From an uncultured Eubacteriales bacterium (lineage in GTDB: Bacteria; Bacillota_I; Bacilli_A; RFN20; UBA1709): a DNA stretch of 24,000 nucleotides. Both the position numbers and the translations under genes were made by a program. The first letter of the stretch is position 1. Every line of letters begins with the position of its first letter. Below the pieces are notes generated by a model. The model did not search any database. It was given only the letters and a program-made list of their open reading frames with translations, and was not told where the DNA came from. The stretch lies in contig CAYIYS010000006.1 of assembly GCA_964367975.1 (NCBI GenBank), forward strand, positions 1-24,000. Direction: 5' to 3'. Below, piece after piece: positions 21,841 to 24,000 of the stretch.

Positions 21841-23820
21841 ATGAATATAGCTTTAGTAGGAAATCAAAACAGTGGTAAAACCACTTTATTTAATGCTTTA
21901 ACCGGTTCTAATCAAAAAGTTGGCAACTGGCCAGGCGTAACAATTGATCGCAAAGAAGGTAATCTTAAGGGTACCAAGCACACGATAGTTGATTTACCTG
22001 GAATTTATTCTTTAAGCCCTTATACATCTGAAGAAGAAATTTCGCGAAAGTATGCTTTTGATGAAAAACCCGATCTAATTATCAATATTGTGGATGCAAC
22101 TTCAATTGAAAGAAGTTTATATTTAACTACTCAATTATTAGAACTTGATTGTCCGGTAATTGTGGCTTTAAACATGTCTGATATACTTGAAAAGAAAGGT
22201 TTAAAAATAGATGTTGACCAATTATCTAAAGAGTTAGGTGCTACTATTGTTGAGATTTCGGCCTTAAAAAATACAGGCGTCAAACACATGATTGAACTGA
22301 TTGATAAGCATCAATACATCACCAATAGTCATCAACATATATTTAGCGAGCGCATTGAAGAGGCTATTAATCAAATTTTACCTACTTCGAGAACAGTTCA
22401 TTCACGCTTTGTAGCTGTCAAAGTTTTGGAAAATGATAAACTATTTAGTCAATATCAAACTGAAACATCTAAGTCTTTAGCCGCTGAAATAGAAAAATAT
22501 TATGGACTTGATATGGAGCAATTATTTGCTGCTCAAAGATATGATTATATTGTTAAAGTTTATGAAAAATCTGTCATTAAAGTACCAGTAAAAGAGACCA
22601 TTACTGATAAGTTAGACAAAGTATTTTTAAATAAATGGGCGGCTTTGCCAATTTTTGCCGTTATCATGGCTTTAATTTATTTCTTGGCGGTTGGGGTAGT
22701 TGGCACTGCAACTGTTGATTTTATGGATTCTACTATTGGCCAATTTGGCGAAATAGTTGGTAATTGGTTAACTAATATTGGAGCATCCGAATGGGCAGTT
22801 TCACTAGTAGTAGATGGAATTATCGCTGGTGTCGGAGCCGTCTTAAACTTCATTCCGCAATTAATCATTTTATTCCTCTGCATTTGCTTGCTTGAATCGA
22901 GTGGTTATATGTCGCGGATTGCCTTTTTACTGGATAAAATCTTTGTTAGATTTGGTTTAAGTGGAAAATCCTTGATTCCTTTTATTGTTGGATCTGGTTG
23001 TTCAGTCCCGGGAATTATGGCGGCGAGAACTATTGAAAGTGAGCAAGAGAAAAGAATTACCATTATGGTTACTCCTTTTATCCCTTGTTCGGCTAAATTA
23101 CCTATTATTGCTTTATTTGCAGGTGCATTTTTCCCAAATTCAGCTGGAATGGTATCCTTTTCGCTTTATGTGTTTGCGATTGTTGTAATTATCCTTTCAA
23201 GTTTAATCTTGAACAAAATCTTTAAAAAAGACGGTCAAACCGCTTTTATTAGTGAATTACCTGAATATAAATTCCCAAATCTTAACTATGTAGTTAAAGA
23301 TGTGACTGAAAAGACTGGTGCATTCATTAAAAGAGCGGGTACTATTATTCTTTTATGCTCGGTAGTTGTTTGGTTTTTACTATCATTCAATTTCAAATTT
23401 GAATATGGAATGGGAGTGGAAGGCTCTATGTTAGCTAGTATTGGTAATCTCTTCTCTTGGATTTTTTATCCAATGACAGGGGAGTTATCGTGGGCCGCTA
23501 CGGTTAGTGCGCTGCAAGGACTAGTGGCTAAAGAACAAGTTGTGTCAAGTATGAATATCATTGCGGGACTAAGTGAAGATAGTGGAGATGTGGTGGCTTT
23601 ATTTAACTCGCCTGCTTTCGCTTTCTTTAATCCTGCTAGTGCTTATGCCTTTTGCGTTTTCAACTTATTTAGTGCTCCTTGTTTTGGAGCAATCGGAGCT
23701 ACCAGAAGAGAGTTAGGATCAACTAAAAGAATGTTGCAAACTGTTGGCTTTCAAACCGCTCTTGCTTGGGTATTAGGCTGTTTGGTCTATGGAATTGGAT
23801 TATTAATAATGAGGTTATAG
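21841..23820 (+). CDS. feoB: Ferrous iron transporter FeoB, 659 aa
   Basis: The N-terminal G domain has GNQNSGKTTLFNALTG, DLPG and NMSD, followed by a polytopic membrane domain. The start is 1 nt after the feoA stop. Confidence 0.9.
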   Translation: MNIALVGNQNSGKTTLFNALTGSNQKVGNWPGVTIDRKEGNLKGTKHTIVDLPGIYSLSPYTSEEEISRKYAFDEKPDLIINIVDATSIERSLYLTTQLLELDCPVIVALNMSDILEKKGLKIDVDQLSKELGATIVEISALKNTGVKHMIELIDKHQYITNSHQHIFSERIEEAINQILPTSRTVHSRFVAVKVLENDKLFSQYQTETSKSLAAEIEKYYGLDMEQLFAAQRYDYIVKVYEKSVIKVPVKETITDKLDKVFLNKWAALPIFAVIMALIYFLAVGVVGTATVDFMDSTIGQFGEIVGNWLTNIGASEWAVSLVVDGIIAGVGAVLNFIPQLIILFLCICLLESSGYMSRIAFLLDKIFVRFGLSGKSLIPFIVGSGCSVPGIMAARTIESEQEKRITIMVTPFIPCSAKLPIIALFAGAFFPNSAGMVSFSLYVFAIVVIILSSLILNKIFKKDGQTAFISELPEYKFPNLNYVVKDVTEKTGAFIKRAGTIILLCSVVVWFLLSFNFKFEYGMGVEGSMLASIGNLFSWIFYPMTGELSWAATVSALQGLVAKEQVVSSMNIIAGLSEDSGDVVALFNSPAFAFFNPASAYAFCVFNLFSAPCFGAIGATRRELGSTKRMLQTVGFQTALAWVLGCLVYGIGLLIMRL

Positions 23821-23822
23821 AT

Positions 23823-24000
23823 ATGAGTTATGTAGATATTATCATTTTAGTAATAGTCTTTGTCATTCTCGGCTTAATCGTGTATTTTTCCATTTGGAAG
23901 AAAAGAAAAGAACCTTGTAAAGGTTGCGCCTATGTTCGAGAATGTGATAAAACTGAGTGTGCCATGATAGAAAAAGCTGTCAAAGAATATAAAAAAAGCA
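23823..24000 (+). CDS. FeoB-associated Cys-rich small membrane protein, 3' end beyond the window
   Basis: The ATG lies 2 nt after the feoB stop. The sequence MSYVDIIILVIVFVILGLIVYFSIWKKRKEPCKGCAYVRECDKTEC... has one transmembrane helix, then a basic patch, then a C-x2-C-x5-C-x5-C cluster. It is not in the ORF track because no stop is reached. Confidence 0.65.
   Translation, partial: MSYVDIIILVIVFVILGLIVYFSIWKKRKEPCKGCAYVRECDKTECAMIEKAVKEYKKS

Noticed and set aside
22677-23188. ORFs 22677-22883 (-) and 22985-23188 (+) inside feoB
   Set aside because: They are alternative frames of the FeoB membrane domain and are not independent genes.
1-24000. Possibility of Mollicutes genetic code 4 (TGA read as Trp), given the AT-richness
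   Set aside because: The tRNA-Trp anticodon is CCA, Trp residues are encoded by TGG, and every long CDS, including the 790-aa NrdD, is intact under the standard code with no internal TGA.
1-24000. CRISPR arrays, rRNA genes, IS elements or transposases
   Set aside because: I saw no regularly spaced direct repeats, no rRNA-like conserved strings, and no transposase- or integrase-like ORF on either strand.

Overview
AT-rich chromosomal segment, roughly one third G+C by eye, that uses the standard genetic code: Trp is TGG, the tRNA-Trp anticodon is CCA, and no CDS needs TGA read as sense. Gene content fits an anaerobic or microaerophilic low-GC Bacillota or Acholeplasma-like organism, but I cannot name the taxon. 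Almost all genes are on the + strand. In order: (1) a compact, translationally coupled Tad/Flp-like pilus module at 1-3055 (secretion ATPase, two TadB/TadC-like membrane proteins, a membrane-anchored protein, and a frame-disrupted Flp-like pilin ORF); (2) an orphan acyl carrier protein and an ABC-F ATPase; (3) tRNA-Trp followed by a 1.4-kb islet bounded by a 30-bp imperfect copy of the tRNA 3' end, whose only gene is a minus-strand PemK/MazF-fold gene with a large helical insertion broken by an in-frame TAA; (4) a methyltransferase-fold protein and a GNAT / RibD_C-like / GNAT operon; (5) nrdG, nrdD with a fused C-terminal thioredoxin-fold domain, a TrxB-like reductase that lacks the NADPH HRRxxxR motif, and desulfoferrodoxin; (6) an ABC exporter, a NUDIX hydrolase and tRNA-His; (7) an AT-rich stretch with a 51-aa membrane peptide and a type-A CAT-like acetyltransferase; (8) an MBL-fold hydrolase and an M32 carboxypeptidase; (9) a divergent DtxR-family regulator and feoA-feoB plus a FeoB-associated Cys-rich peptide, separated by a promoter carrying three GTTAGC-N4-GCTAAC palindromes. 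I saw no CRISPR array, rRNA, transposase or integrase. The items most worth follow-up are the tRNA-Trp islet with the interrupted MazF-like gene, the RNR-thioredoxin-fold fusion with an atypical reductase, and the frame-disrupted pilin.
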